DNA from: Candidatus Iainarchaeum sp.
GTDB lineage: Archaea > Iainarchaeota > Iainarchaeia > Iainarchaeales > DTGL01
NCBI GenBank assembly: GCA_038736825.1
Contig: JAVYME010000012.1
Coordinates: forward strand, 1-16,835
DNA length: 16,835 nt
Direction of reading: 5' to 3'
Below, one piece after another: positions 1 through 7,934 of the stretch. Below the pieces are notes generated by a model, which saw only the letters and a program-made list of their open reading frames with translations, did not search any database and had not been told where the DNA came from. Both the position numbers and the translations under genes were made by a program. Positions within the stretch are counted from its first letter, which is position 1. Every line of letters starts with the position of its first letter.

Positions 1-1320
1 CCTGAAAATGTCTGCAATGCTGGTGCATACAACGCGAATGGGTATGTCTATGGTCAGAATATTGGACGCTCGCTCAGTCTAATTCCTTTTTCTTTTGGTG
101 GTCTAAAGTTGGCAATGCTCTCCGGTCTTTTCATACACTTATTTAATTTTTTTATCATTTTGCTTATCTTTAAAAAAATGAAGGTCAATCCTTCATTTGC
201 CCTGCTTTATCTTTTCTATCCGGTTATTTTTTGGGAAAGCCGCACACTTTACGCAGAGTCTTTGGTTTTGTTGGGTTTCCTTTCCGCTTTCTATTTTTTG
301 ATTTCAGGAAACAGAAAACACTGGTTTTTTAGTGGAGCACTAATGGGGCTTGCAGTTATATCTCGCTATGATGCTGCTATTGGTGTTGGTGCAATGCTTT
401 TGGCAATGCTTGCCAAGGATAGGAAAAAAATTCTTTTTGTTAGTTTGGGGCTTTGGCCATTGGTTATTTCAATAGCATTCTTCAATTTTATTGCATATGG
501 GAGTCCGCTGAGCACTGGGTATGGTCATTCAGGAATTTCGCTTTTTCACTCTTCAGTTGTGGGGGCACAACTGCTTAGTATTCTCTTTTACGCAGTCCTG
601 TTAATTGCATTGTATCCACTAATGTTGGCAAGCCCGTACCTTTCCAAAAAATTTCCGTATAAGCTTGAATTTGCGCTTTTATCTATAGTCTATCTTTTTC
701 TTGCTGCAAGATATCCGCCTTTTGCTTTCAATAATTCTGTTTTTACGATTCTGTTAAGAATGCGTTATGCAATCCCTCTCATTGGCATGCTTTTAGTTCC
801 CTATGGGGTTTTTCTACAGGAATTGCTTGAAAGGTTTAAGTTCAAGGAAAAAACCATTATGGCTGGTTATTGGGCGATAATTGCATTGCTTTTTGCAGGT
901 TCGATTTATGCTTCTTATGTGCACTCTGAATTCCTTAACAGCCGAAAGGCTGTTTTTGACCAGATTTATTCTCACACTCCAGAGAATGCTCTTATAATCG
1001 GGGGAAGCGATGATTGCATGTATTTTTTGAATGGATTGTTTCCACAGCGCAGGTATCTTTCAGTGGACTTAAACCAACAGCTTGCTGGAAACCCGCAGGG
1101 TTTAAGGTTAGAGGATTACTTGGGCAAAAACACTTATGTATTGGACTTGCAGTACTCGAATCGTGAACCTGGGTCAGGCGGAAGGCAGGATGTAACGGAT
1201 GCTGAACGGAAAAAGGTTTTGGATTTCATTGAAAAAAACAGGGCAAACCTTGAGCTAGTGTTTGAGACAAGAGCACCACATTATCTTAAAATCTATAAAT
1301 GGGTTGGTGAAAACATTTGA
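1..1320 (+). CDS. GT-C-fold membrane glycosyltransferase (family 39 / ArnT / PMT-like), 5'-truncated by window edge
   Basis: Frame 1 has no stop from base 1 up to the TTG at 109 used by the ORF track (PENVCNAGAYNANGYVYGQNIGRSLSLIPFSFGGLK...), so the gene enters from upstream. It has multiple hydrophobic helices followed by a soluble C-terminal domain of about 130 aa. The LMGLAVISRYDA and YGSPLSTGYG segments resemble ArnT/PMT_2-type proteins. The family assignment rests on architecture and motif resemblance only. Confidence 0.6.
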   Translation, partial: PENVCNAGAYNANGYVYGQNIGRSLSLIPFSFGGLKLAMLSGLFIHLFNFFIILLIFKKMKVNPSFALLYLFYPVIFWESRTLYAESLVLLGFLSAFYFLISGNRKHWFFSGALMGLAVISRYDAAIGVGAMLLAMLAKDRKKILFVSLGLWPLVISIAFFNFIAYGSPLSTGYGHSGISLFHSSVVGAQLLSILFYAVLLIALYPLMLASPYLSKKFPYKLEFALLSIVYLFLAARYPPFAFNNSVFTILLRMRYAIPLIGMLLVPYGVFLQELLERFKFKEKTIMAGYWAIIALLFAGSIYASYVHSEFLNSRKAVFDQIYSHTPENALIIGGSDDCMYFLNGLFPQRRYLSVDLNQQLAGNPQGLRLEDYLGKNTYVLDLQYSNREPGSGGRQDVTDAERKKVLDFIEKNRANLELVFETRAPHYLKIYKWVGENI

Positions 1321-2258
1321 AGCCAAAAATCAGCGTGGTGATTCCTGCACATAACCGTCCTGTTTTTTTGGAAAACACTTTAAAGGCTTTATTGGAGCAA
1401 ACCGAGAGTGATTTTGAAGCCATAATTGTTGGATTTGAAGGAAATGATACAATAAAAAAAGTTCAAGAAAAATTTTACGATAAAAGATTGCACTTTTTTG
1501 AAATTAATTCGCCATTTCCAGACAAAAAAAGAAATTTTGGTGTCAAGCAAGCAAAAGCCAAAATAATTGCTTTCACGGATGACGATTGCCTTCCGGAAAA
1601 AAACTGGCTTGAAAAAATTATTGCTGTTTTTGAAAAGGACAATTCGCTTGCGGGAATTGAAGGCTTGACTTGGAACAACAACAAAGAATTGTATTGTCAT
1701 GCAACTGAAAACCTTTCAGGTGGCAAGTTTCCAGCTTGCAATTATGCTTTTAGAAAAGAATGGCTTGAAAAGGTTAGAGGCTTTGACGAATCTTACAATT
1801 TCTTCCGCGAGGACACTGACCTTGCGTTCAACGTGATGGAAGGCGGGGGCAAAATTGTTTTTTGCAAAAATGTAAAAGTATTCCATCCGCCGAGAAAACT
1901 CCCCTTGCACTTTCCATTGAAGGAATTGAAAATGGTTAAGGGCGATATTCGCTTGTTCAAAAAATTTCCAGGGCTTTACAAAAAGCATTTTGGCTTTTTG
2001 TGCAAGGGTTCCTTTAAGCAAACAGCAGTTTCCGCCTTATTGCTTTGGGTGATAGCATTAGGGGTTTTTTTGCACCAAACAGTTTTGGCAATAATGGCTG
2101 TGTTTGCCTTGTTTTTTTTGTTCAAGTATGTGGTTGAAATGAAGGGCAAAAAATTTGGTTTTCTGCAAGCGCTATCTTTTGCTTTTTTTTCTTTTTTGCG
2201 CGATTTATTGTTTCCAGTGTTTTTTCTTTTCTATTGGTTTAGAATTCGGCTTGAATAA
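1317..2258 (+). CDS. Family 2 glycosyltransferase (GT-A fold) with C-terminal transmembrane helices
   Basis: The N-terminus KISVVIPAHNRPVFLENTLKALLEQT is typical of GT2. A DxD motif is present (FTDDDCLP), as is FFREDTDLAF. The C-terminus carries about 3 TM helices. A TTG start overlaps the upstream stop as TTGA, with GGTGA 5 nt upstream as an SD. Confidence 0.85.
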   Translation: MKPKISVVIPAHNRPVFLENTLKALLEQTESDFEAIIVGFEGNDTIKKVQEKFYDKRLHFFEINSPFPDKKRNFGVKQAKAKIIAFTDDDCLPEKNWLEKIIAVFEKDNSLAGIEGLTWNNNKELYCHATENLSGGKFPACNYAFRKEWLEKVRGFDESYNFFREDTDLAFNVMEGGGKIVFCKNVKVFHPPRKLPLHFPLKELKMVKGDIRLFKKFPGLYKKHFGFLCKGSFKQTAVSALLLWVIALGVFLHQTVLAIMAVFALFFLFKYVVEMKGKKFGFLQALSFAFFSFLRDLLFPVFFLFYWFRIRLE

Positions 2259-2993
2259 TTAGTGCGATTTTTTTAAGGCAATTTCTTCAACAGTCCTGTT
2301 TGCTTCCGCGAGTTCTTCTATTGTGCCTGCATCCATCCACTGTTTTTTCAATTTGCTTGCTTTGAGAGAACCCCGCTTTATGTAAGTGTTGTGCACATCG
2401 CTTATTTCCAGTTCGCCGCGCGCGCTTGGCTTTAAGCCTTTAATCACTTCAAAGACATGCGGAGTGTACATGTAAACCCCAATCACAATCCAAGGGCTTG
2501 GCGGATTTCTTGGTTTTTCCACTACTCTGACAACTTTGTCGCCTTTCAATACTGCAACCCCGCTTTTTTGGCATTGCTCTTTTGAGCCCTTGTACAGCAA
2601 AACTCTTGACTCTTCACTGCCATTTTCAAATTCTTTCACGAAAGGCTTTATGTTTTCAAACAAAATGTTATCCCCGTTGATGGAAACAAACTTGTTTTCT
2701 CCCACAAACTGTTCTGCTAAAGCAATTGCTTGGGGAATGCCGCCGGCCTCGTCTTGCACGCGATAAGTGAAGTGAACTCCGAATTTTTTGCCAGAGCCAA
2801 GCAATGAAAAAATGTCGCCTGCATGTGTTGTGCCAGTAATGACTAAAATCTCTTTTATTCCAGCATCAATCAAAGTCTGCAAAGGGTAATAAATCATGGG
2901 CTTGTTGTAAACCGGCAACAAGTGTTTGTTTGTTACTTCAGTTAAAGGTTTTAGCCTTGAACCAGTTCCTCCTGCAAGAATTATTCCCTTCAT
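2259..2993 (-). CDS. rfbA: Glucose-1-phosphate thymidylyltransferase (short form)
   Basis: MKGIILAGGTGSRLKPLTEVTNKHLLPVYNKPMIYYPL is the canonical G1P nucleotidyltransferase N-terminus. I prefer the ATG at 2993, which forms an ATGA overlap with the rfbB stop and has GGTGA 4 nt upstream. The ORF-track start at 3020 would add MVVEATGEE. Confidence 0.88.
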   Translation of the reverse strand: MKGIILAGGTGSRLKPLTEVTNKHLLPVYNKPMIYYPLQTLIDAGIKEILVITGTTHAGDIFSLLGSGKKFGVHFTYRVQDEAGGIPQAIALAEQFVGENKFVSINGDNILFENIKPFVKEFENGSEESRVLLYKGSKEQCQKSGVAVLKGDKVVRVVEKPRNPPSPWIVIGVYMYTPHVFEVIKGLKPSARGELEISDVHNTYIKRGSLKASKLKKQWMDAGTIEELAEANRTVEEIALKKSH

Positions 2994-3949
2994 TTCTTCA
3001 CCAGTGGCTTCCACCACCACTCGTTTTCCTTATACCAGTTAATTGTGTGCTTTAATGCTTTTTCAAATTCCCATTTAGGCTTCCAACCCAAGGACTCGAT
3101 TTTTTCAGTATTCAAAGCATACCTTTTGTCATGCCCAGGCCTGTCTTTCACAAACTCTATCATTTCTTCGCCTTTCCCCAATTCTTTCAACACAAGCCTT
3201 GTTATTTCAATGTTTGTTTTTTCATTGTGCGCTGCAACATTGTAGGCTTCGCCTTTTTTGCCTTTTTCCAAAAGCAATTCAACTGCGGCACAATTGTCTT
3301 CCACATACAGCCAGTCTCTTTTATTTGAGCCATCGCCATATAATGGGACTTTTTTTCCTTGCAATAAATTGGTAATGAATAAGGGAATGAGTTTTTCTGG
3401 AAACTGGTTTGGGCCAAAGTTGTTTGAAGAGCGATGGATTGTTATGTTCAAGCCGTAAGTGTAGTAATAGGAAAAGGCAAGCCTGTCGGCTGCGGCTTTT
3501 GATGCAGAGTAAGGCGAGGAAGGATTGAGTGGAGATTCTTCAGTGCTAAAGCCTTTTTCCACTGAACCATAGATTTCATCTGTTGAAATGTAAACAAATT
3601 TCTCTATGTCCTGCTTTCTTGCTTCTTCCAGCAATACTGCTGTGCCCAAAGTGTCTGTTTTCAAAAAAACAAAAGGGTCTTTTATTGACCTATCAACATG
3701 GGATTCTGCTGCAAAGTGCACAATCTTTTCACAGCCGTTCATTGCTTTTGCAACACTTTTTGGATTGCAAATGTCGCCTTTAATGAATTCATGGTTTTTG
3801 CTGCCCTTTAATTCTTTCAGGTTTTCGATTCTGCCAGCATAAGTGAGCTTGTCTAAGTTTACAATTTTGTCTTGGGGGTGCTTTTCCAAGTAATATTTTA
3901 TAAAGTTTGAGCCAATAAAGCCGCACCCGCCAGTAACCAGCAATTTCAT
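2990..3949 (-). CDS. rfbB: dTDP-glucose 4,6-dehydratase
   Basis: The Rossmann motif LVTGGCGFIGSNF, STDEIYG, the catalytic YSASKAAADRL (YxxxK) and the C-terminal NEWWW segment are typical of RfbB/RmlB. A GGGGAG SD lies 6 nt upstream of the ATG. Confidence 0.92.
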   Translation of the reverse strand: MKLLVTGGCGFIGSNFIKYYLEKHPQDKIVNLDKLTYAGRIENLKELKGSKNHEFIKGDICNPKSVAKAMNGCEKIVHFAAESHVDRSIKDPFVFLKTDTLGTAVLLEEARKQDIEKFVYISTDEIYGSVEKGFSTEESPLNPSSPYSASKAAADRLAFSYYYTYGLNITIHRSSNNFGPNQFPEKLIPLFITNLLQGKKVPLYGDGSNKRDWLYVEDNCAAVELLLEKGKKGEAYNVAAHNEKTNIEITRLVLKELGKGEEMIEFVKDRPGHDKRYALNTEKIESLGWKPKWEFEKALKHTINWYKENEWWWKPLVKK

Positions 3950-4083
3950 TTTTTTCTCCCCATAAATCTTCTTTGCAGAGACTTTAAATTGAATTGGTAC
4001 AATTCCTATACAAAGAGATTTCGTACCAAAACAGTTTTTAAAGCGTTTTCCAGAGATTTTTATATTCTGGTTTTGTGTTTCTT
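3950..4083. promoter_or_regulatory. Divergent promoter region between rfbB (-) and the GT4-led block (+), with candidate TATA boxes and a 7-bp inverted repeat
   Basis: This is the only non-coding stretch between the two divergent units. TTTATATT at 4059-4066 lies about 18 nt upstream of the SD-less ATG at 4084, which suggests a leaderless or short-leader transcript. AATTTAAA (minus strand) at 3983-3990 lies about 35 nt upstream of the rfbB ATG. An inverted repeat, TTGGTAC at 3994-4000 and GTACCAA at 4023-4029, sits between them. All elements are called by eye. Confidence 0.4.
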
Positions 4084-5220
4084 ATGAAGATTTTAATGCA
4101 CTACAATGGCGTTTATTCTGAGACTGCTGGCGTGAGCAGGGTTGTTCTCGGATTGGGAAAAGCCCTGCAAAAAAAAGGCGTTGGAATAGAATTCCTTTAT
4201 GGTTATAGCGCGCCAAAGGGAATGCATTCTTATTTGAATGCATTAAAGGGATTCTTTCACTTTTTACACCACACGCCAATTACTTTGTTTTTCTTTGCAG
4301 GTTTTGTTAAAGGAAAAAACTTTGATGTAGTGCATTCTCATACCCCGGAAGCCGCATTTGATGCGGTTATGGCTCGCTTTTTTTTGAGAAAAAAATACAA
4401 GGTGGTAGTGCACTTGCACGGCTTGGACAAAGCAGTAAGGGAAGAATGGAAAAAAGAAATAAAATCAGGGAGAATAAAATATTGCTTAAAAACAGGCCTT
4501 TACCTTTCAGCCTCCATTTTCAAGGCATGGTTTGCAATGAAAATGGCTGACTCTTTTATTGCAGTTTCGCATGCAGTTCAAAAAGAAGCTGAAAAATTCT
4601 ATGGAGTGCAAGCAAAAGTGGTTCCAAATGCAGTGGACTGCAGTGAATTCAAAAAAATTCCAAAAAACCAAGCACGAAAAGACCTATCCTTTAAAGAAAA
4701 AGACTTCATAGTGTTGTTTGTGGGCAACGCTGGATGGGTTAAAGGGTTGCACTATCTTGCTGAAGCCTTTAGCGTATTGAAGGATGCCAAGCTCTTGATT
4801 GTTGGGCTTGAAAAAAAAGAATTCGATTTAAATTTTCTTAGTGAAAGGGTTTATTTTGCAGGACATGTTAAACACTCAGAGCTATCAAAATATTATTCGG
4901 TTGCAGATGTGCTTTGCGTTCCATCAATATATGAGGCATTTGGCTTGATGTTTGCAGAAGCCCAATGCTTTGGCTTGCATTGCATTGGCTGCAATGGCAC
5001 TGGCGCGGAAGAAACAATCGTTGACGGAAAAAACGGTTTTTTGGTGGAAAAAAGAAATGTTTTGCAGTTAAGGCAAGCAATTGAAAAAAGCAAAGATTAT
5101 TTTTCCAAAAAAGCAAATGAGGGAAATACGCTCTCGGCAGCGAAAAGCCTTTCCTGGAAAAAGAATGCAAACCGAGTTTTAAGAATATGCAGGGAATTAG
5201 TAAATGGGGCTAAAAAATGA
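4084..5220 (+). CDS. Family 4 glycosyltransferase (GT-B, Glycos_transf_1)
   Basis: The N-terminus MKILMHYNG...GVSRVVLGLGKALQKKGV is GT4-like. The EX7E motif EAFGLMFAEAQ is followed by VDGKNGFLVE. I prefer the ATG at 4084 over the in-frame GTG at 4075. Confidence 0.85.
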   Translation: MKILMHYNGVYSETAGVSRVVLGLGKALQKKGVGIEFLYGYSAPKGMHSYLNALKGFFHFLHHTPITLFFFAGFVKGKNFDVVHSHTPEAAFDAVMARFFLRKKYKVVVHLHGLDKAVREEWKKEIKSGRIKYCLKTGLYLSASIFKAWFAMKMADSFIAVSHAVQKEAEKFYGVQAKVVPNAVDCSEFKKIPKNQARKDLSFKEKDFIVLFVGNAGWVKGLHYLAEAFSVLKDAKLLIVGLEKKEFDLNFLSERVYFAGHVKHSELSKYYSVADVLCVPSIYEAFGLMFAEAQCFGLHCIGCNGTGAEETIVDGKNGFLVEKRNVLQLRQAIEKSKDYFSKKANEGNTLSAAKSLSWKKNANRVLRICRELVNGAKK

Positions 5221-6158
5221 TTCTTGTAACAGGTTGCGCTGGCTTCATAGGCTCTCATTTGACAGAACGCCTTTTGGCTGAAGGACAAACAGTTGTTGGA
5301 GTGGATGATTTCAACAACTATTATGATCCAAAAATAAAAAGGAAAAACATCTCTTTTGCACAAAAAAACAGCAATTTTTTGCTTTTCAAGGCAGACATAA
5401 GGAACAAAAAGGCATTACAGAAAATCTTTGAAAAAAACAAAATAGACAAAATAGTGCACCTTGCAGCCCGCGCAGGAGTGCGCCCGTCACTGGAACAACC
5501 AGGATTGTACCTTGAAGTGAATGTTCTTGGAACACTCAATTTGCTTGAACTTGCAAAAGAATACTGCATAGAACAGTTTGTTTTTGCCTCCTCTTCAAGC
5601 GTTTACGGTTTGAACAAACCGCCTTTTAGTGAAAACCAAAAAATAGAAAAAACCACTTCGCCTTATGCTGTCTCCAAGCGCTCCGCAGAACTTTTATGCC
5701 AAGCCTATGCACACAAATACAGCATTCCCACCACTTGCTTGCGATTTTTTACAGTTTATGGTCCAAGAGGCCGCCCTGACATGGCTGTACACAAGTTCAC
5801 AGATGCAATCGCCAATGGCAAGCCAGTAGAACGCTATGGAAAAGGCGACATGAAACGAGACTTTACCTACATAGAAGACATAGTATCTGGCATAATGCTT
5901 TCCTTGGAAAAACCGTTTCCTTTTGAAATAATAAATTTAGGCAACAACAAGCCAGTGGAATTAAACCGCTTGATTAAAATAATAGAAAAAAATCTTTGCA
6001 AAAAGGCAATTGTTTCTGAAAAGCCTGTGCCAAAAGGCGATATTCCAATAACCTATGCAAGCATTTCTAAGGCAAAAAGGTTGCTTGGCTGGAAACCATG
6101 TACAAGCATTGAAAAAGGAATTGAACTTTTCGTGCAATATTATAAGGAAAACTTTTGA
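5217..6158 (+). CDS. NAD-dependent epimerase, UDP-glucuronate 4-epimerase-like SDR
   Basis: VTGCAGFIGSHL, ASSSSVYG, YAVSKRSAELL (YxxxK) and LRFFTVYGPRGRPDMA match the signature segments of the UDP-glucuronate 4-epimerase (GAE/Cap1J-type) subfamily. The start forms an ATGA overlap with the upstream stop. Confidence 0.8.
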   Translation: MILVTGCAGFIGSHLTERLLAEGQTVVGVDDFNNYYDPKIKRKNISFAQKNSNFLLFKADIRNKKALQKIFEKNKIDKIVHLAARAGVRPSLEQPGLYLEVNVLGTLNLLELAKEYCIEQFVFASSSSVYGLNKPPFSENQKIEKTTSPYAVSKRSAELLCQAYAHKYSIPTTCLRFFTVYGPRGRPDMAVHKFTDAIANGKPVERYGKGDMKRDFTYIEDIVSGIMLSLEKPFPFEIINLGNNKPVELNRLIKIIEKNLCKKAIVSEKPVPKGDIPITYASISKAKRLLGWKPCTSIEKGIELFVQYYKENF

Positions 6159-6167
6159 GGGCTTGAA

Positions 6168-7292
6168 ATGAAAATTGCAATAATTGCGCCATATGCTGAC
6201 CCAGAATGTGGTGCTGCAGTGATAAGGGTGAACGCTTTCAAGGACTATTTTTTGGAAAAGGATTGGAAAGTAAGCATATTTGCCCCCAAAAGGCATGGCA
6301 CTGGAGAGGCAAACGGTGTTAAAAGATATGGCTCTGTGTTAGATCTTTTTTGGATATTATTCTCTAGCGATTTCAAAGTAGTGCTTGGCACATCCCCTCC
6401 ACTAACCCACAATTTTTTCGCCTTGCTTGCATGCAAGCTTTCAAGAAAAAAATTTGTTTTGGATGCAAAGGATGACCCGTATGTTTTCGAACAAATGCCT
6501 TCTTTTTTTTCGGTTAAAGGGCTAAAGAGACGGCTTTATTTTTTATTAAGAAGCCTTACTTACAAAAATGCTGATCTTTTATTCTTCCTTACTGATTGGG
6601 ACAAAAAAGAAGCAATGGAACGCTACAAACTAAAACCGGAAAAATGCTTGTTAATCCCAAACGGAGTGGATACCTCAATTGTTTATTTTTCAGCCAAAGC
6701 CCGCGCAGAAACAAGAGCAAAGCTTGGCATTCCTGAAAATGCAAAAGTGCTTGCTTATGCTGGCGGAATTGGAGATGAAGAAATACCTGAAATGCTTAAA
6801 GCAATTGGCTGCCTAGAGAAAGAAAAAATTTTTTTGCTAATGATTGTATCAGTTGAAAAAAGCCAAGAGCAAGAATTTGACTCCTTTTTGAAAAAAAACC
6901 AGTGCACAGAAAAAATAAAAGTTGTAAAAAACGCAGCCTATCAAGAAATAAGCCATTATCTTTCAGCTGCAGACATAGGCATCGTGCCATGGCCTGAAAA
7001 ATACTACACAAGCCTTCCAGTAAAGGTATTTGATTATTTGGCTTGCGGGTTATACCTTGCAGTCAAAGGCCCAAAAAAAGGAGCACTCAAAGAATTCTTT
7101 CATAGAAACCCATTGGCTGGAGATTATGCTGAAAACTGGACTGATTTCAAAAAAAACTTGAATTTGGCAGTTTCAAATATCAATGGTGTTGAGAAAAACC
7201 GACAAAAAAGGATTCAAATAGTTGAAAAAAAATATGATAGGAAAAGATTTCTCGAAAAGGCTTTTCTTGGAATCAAAGGCATGGTGGAATAA
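6168..7292 (+). CDS. Family 4 glycosyltransferase (WbuB-like)
   Basis: The N-terminus MKIAIIAPYADPECGAAVIRVNAF and the C-terminal donor-binding region LPVKVFDYLACGLYLAV fit GT-B architecture. A GAGGG SD lies about 8 nt upstream. Confidence 0.75.
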   Translation: MKIAIIAPYADPECGAAVIRVNAFKDYFLEKDWKVSIFAPKRHGTGEANGVKRYGSVLDLFWILFSSDFKVVLGTSPPLTHNFFALLACKLSRKKFVLDAKDDPYVFEQMPSFFSVKGLKRRLYFLLRSLTYKNADLLFFLTDWDKKEAMERYKLKPEKCLLIPNGVDTSIVYFSAKARAETRAKLGIPENAKVLAYAGGIGDEEIPEMLKAIGCLEKEKIFLLMIVSVEKSQEQEFDSFLKKNQCTEKIKVVKNAAYQEISHYLSAADIGIVPWPEKYYTSLPVKVFDYLACGLYLAVKGPKKGALKEFFHRNPLAGDYAENWTDFKKNLNLAVSNINGVEKNRQKRIQIVEKKYDRKRFLEKAFLGIKGMVE

Positions 7293-7880
7293 ATGAACTG
7301 GCAAGAATACAACAAGTATAGGAAGGAAAAAATTGAATGGCTTGATTTTCGCAAAATCCCGATTTCAACAAAAAAATCACTAGAGTTGTTGTTAGAAACA
7401 ATTCCAGAAACTGCCAGAGTCATTGAAATAGGTGCTGGCGAGAAATGGCTTGAAAAAGAACTTGCGAAAAAAAGATGCATTTACAAGTCAATGGACATAG
7501 ATAAGACATTCAAGCACGATTTTTACAGCCTTTCCAGCATAAAAGGCAAGTTTGATTTTGCAGTAATGCTTTCAGTTGTAGAGCATCTTTCACTTGAAGA
7601 AGCACTTGCATATTTTTCCAAAATCTCGCGATTGTCAGAAAACCTGATCCTTACAACAAATAACCCCTATTTTCCACTAGGCTTCTTTTTTGACGATGCA
7701 ACCCACAAACAGCCTTACACTCCAAGAACGCTTTACGCGCTTCTTCGGCTCAGCGATTTCAAGGAAATCGAAATATACAGGATTTCACCTTCAAGACTGA
7801 ACAGCTTAAAGCATGCGATTTCGCTTTTCACAAACCTTGATTTTGCCCCAGAACTTTTCGTTTATGCCAAAAAGCGTTGA
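7293..7880 (+). CDS. Class I SAM-dependent methyltransferase
   Basis: Motif I-like VIEIGAGE, an acidic residue at the strand-2 end (SMDID), FDFAVMLSVVEHL and DDATHKQPYTPRTL are present. The ATG immediately follows the upstream TAA, and GGTGGA lies 4-5 nt upstream. Confidence 0.7.
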   Translation: MNWQEYNKYRKEKIEWLDFRKIPISTKKSLELLLETIPETARVIEIGAGEKWLEKELAKKRCIYKSMDIDKTFKHDFYSLSSIKGKFDFAVMLSVVEHLSLEEALAYFSKISRLSENLILTTNNPYFPLGFFFDDATHKQPYTPRTLYALLRLSDFKEIEIYRISPSRLNSLKHAISLFTNLDFAPELFVYAKKR

Positions 7881-7881
7881 C

Positions 7882-7904
7882 TGGTTTATACCAAAACCAT
7901 TTTT
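7882..7904 (+). terminator. Weak hairpin plus T5 tract just after the methyltransferase stop
   Basis: TGGTTT (7882-7887), loop ATACCA, AAACCA (7894-7899), then TTTTT (7900-7904). The stem is only 6 bp with 2 GC pairs. The same sequence contains TTTATA, which could equally be a promoter box for wzx. Confidence 0.2.
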
Positions 7905-7934
7905 AAGCAGGCAATCACAGTTTATAATGGTAAT

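Noticed and set aside
1389-2021. Antisense ORFs of 69-103 aa inside the GT2 gene. Similar shadow ORFs occur at 3045-3842, 4868-5363, 5961-6436, 11151-11555, 14512-15358 and 15635-16834.
   Set aside because: All of them lie fully inside, and opposite to, genes with strong family-level motifs. Their translations are low-complexity (F/L/K/S-rich) with no recognisable domains, as expected from AT-rich antisense frames.
2994-3020. Longer rfbA start (MVVEATGEE-MKGII...).
   Set aside because: It would overlap rfbB by 31 nt. The ATG at 2993 gives the canonical MKGIILAGG N-terminus, an ATGA coupling overlap and a GGTGA SD.
7921-7928. TTTATAAT just upstream of wzx as a promoter TATA box.
   Set aside because: It lies only about 7-14 nt from the ATG at 7935, too close for the usual archaeal spacing of about 26 nt unless a downstream start is used. 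I cannot tell it apart from background AT-richness.
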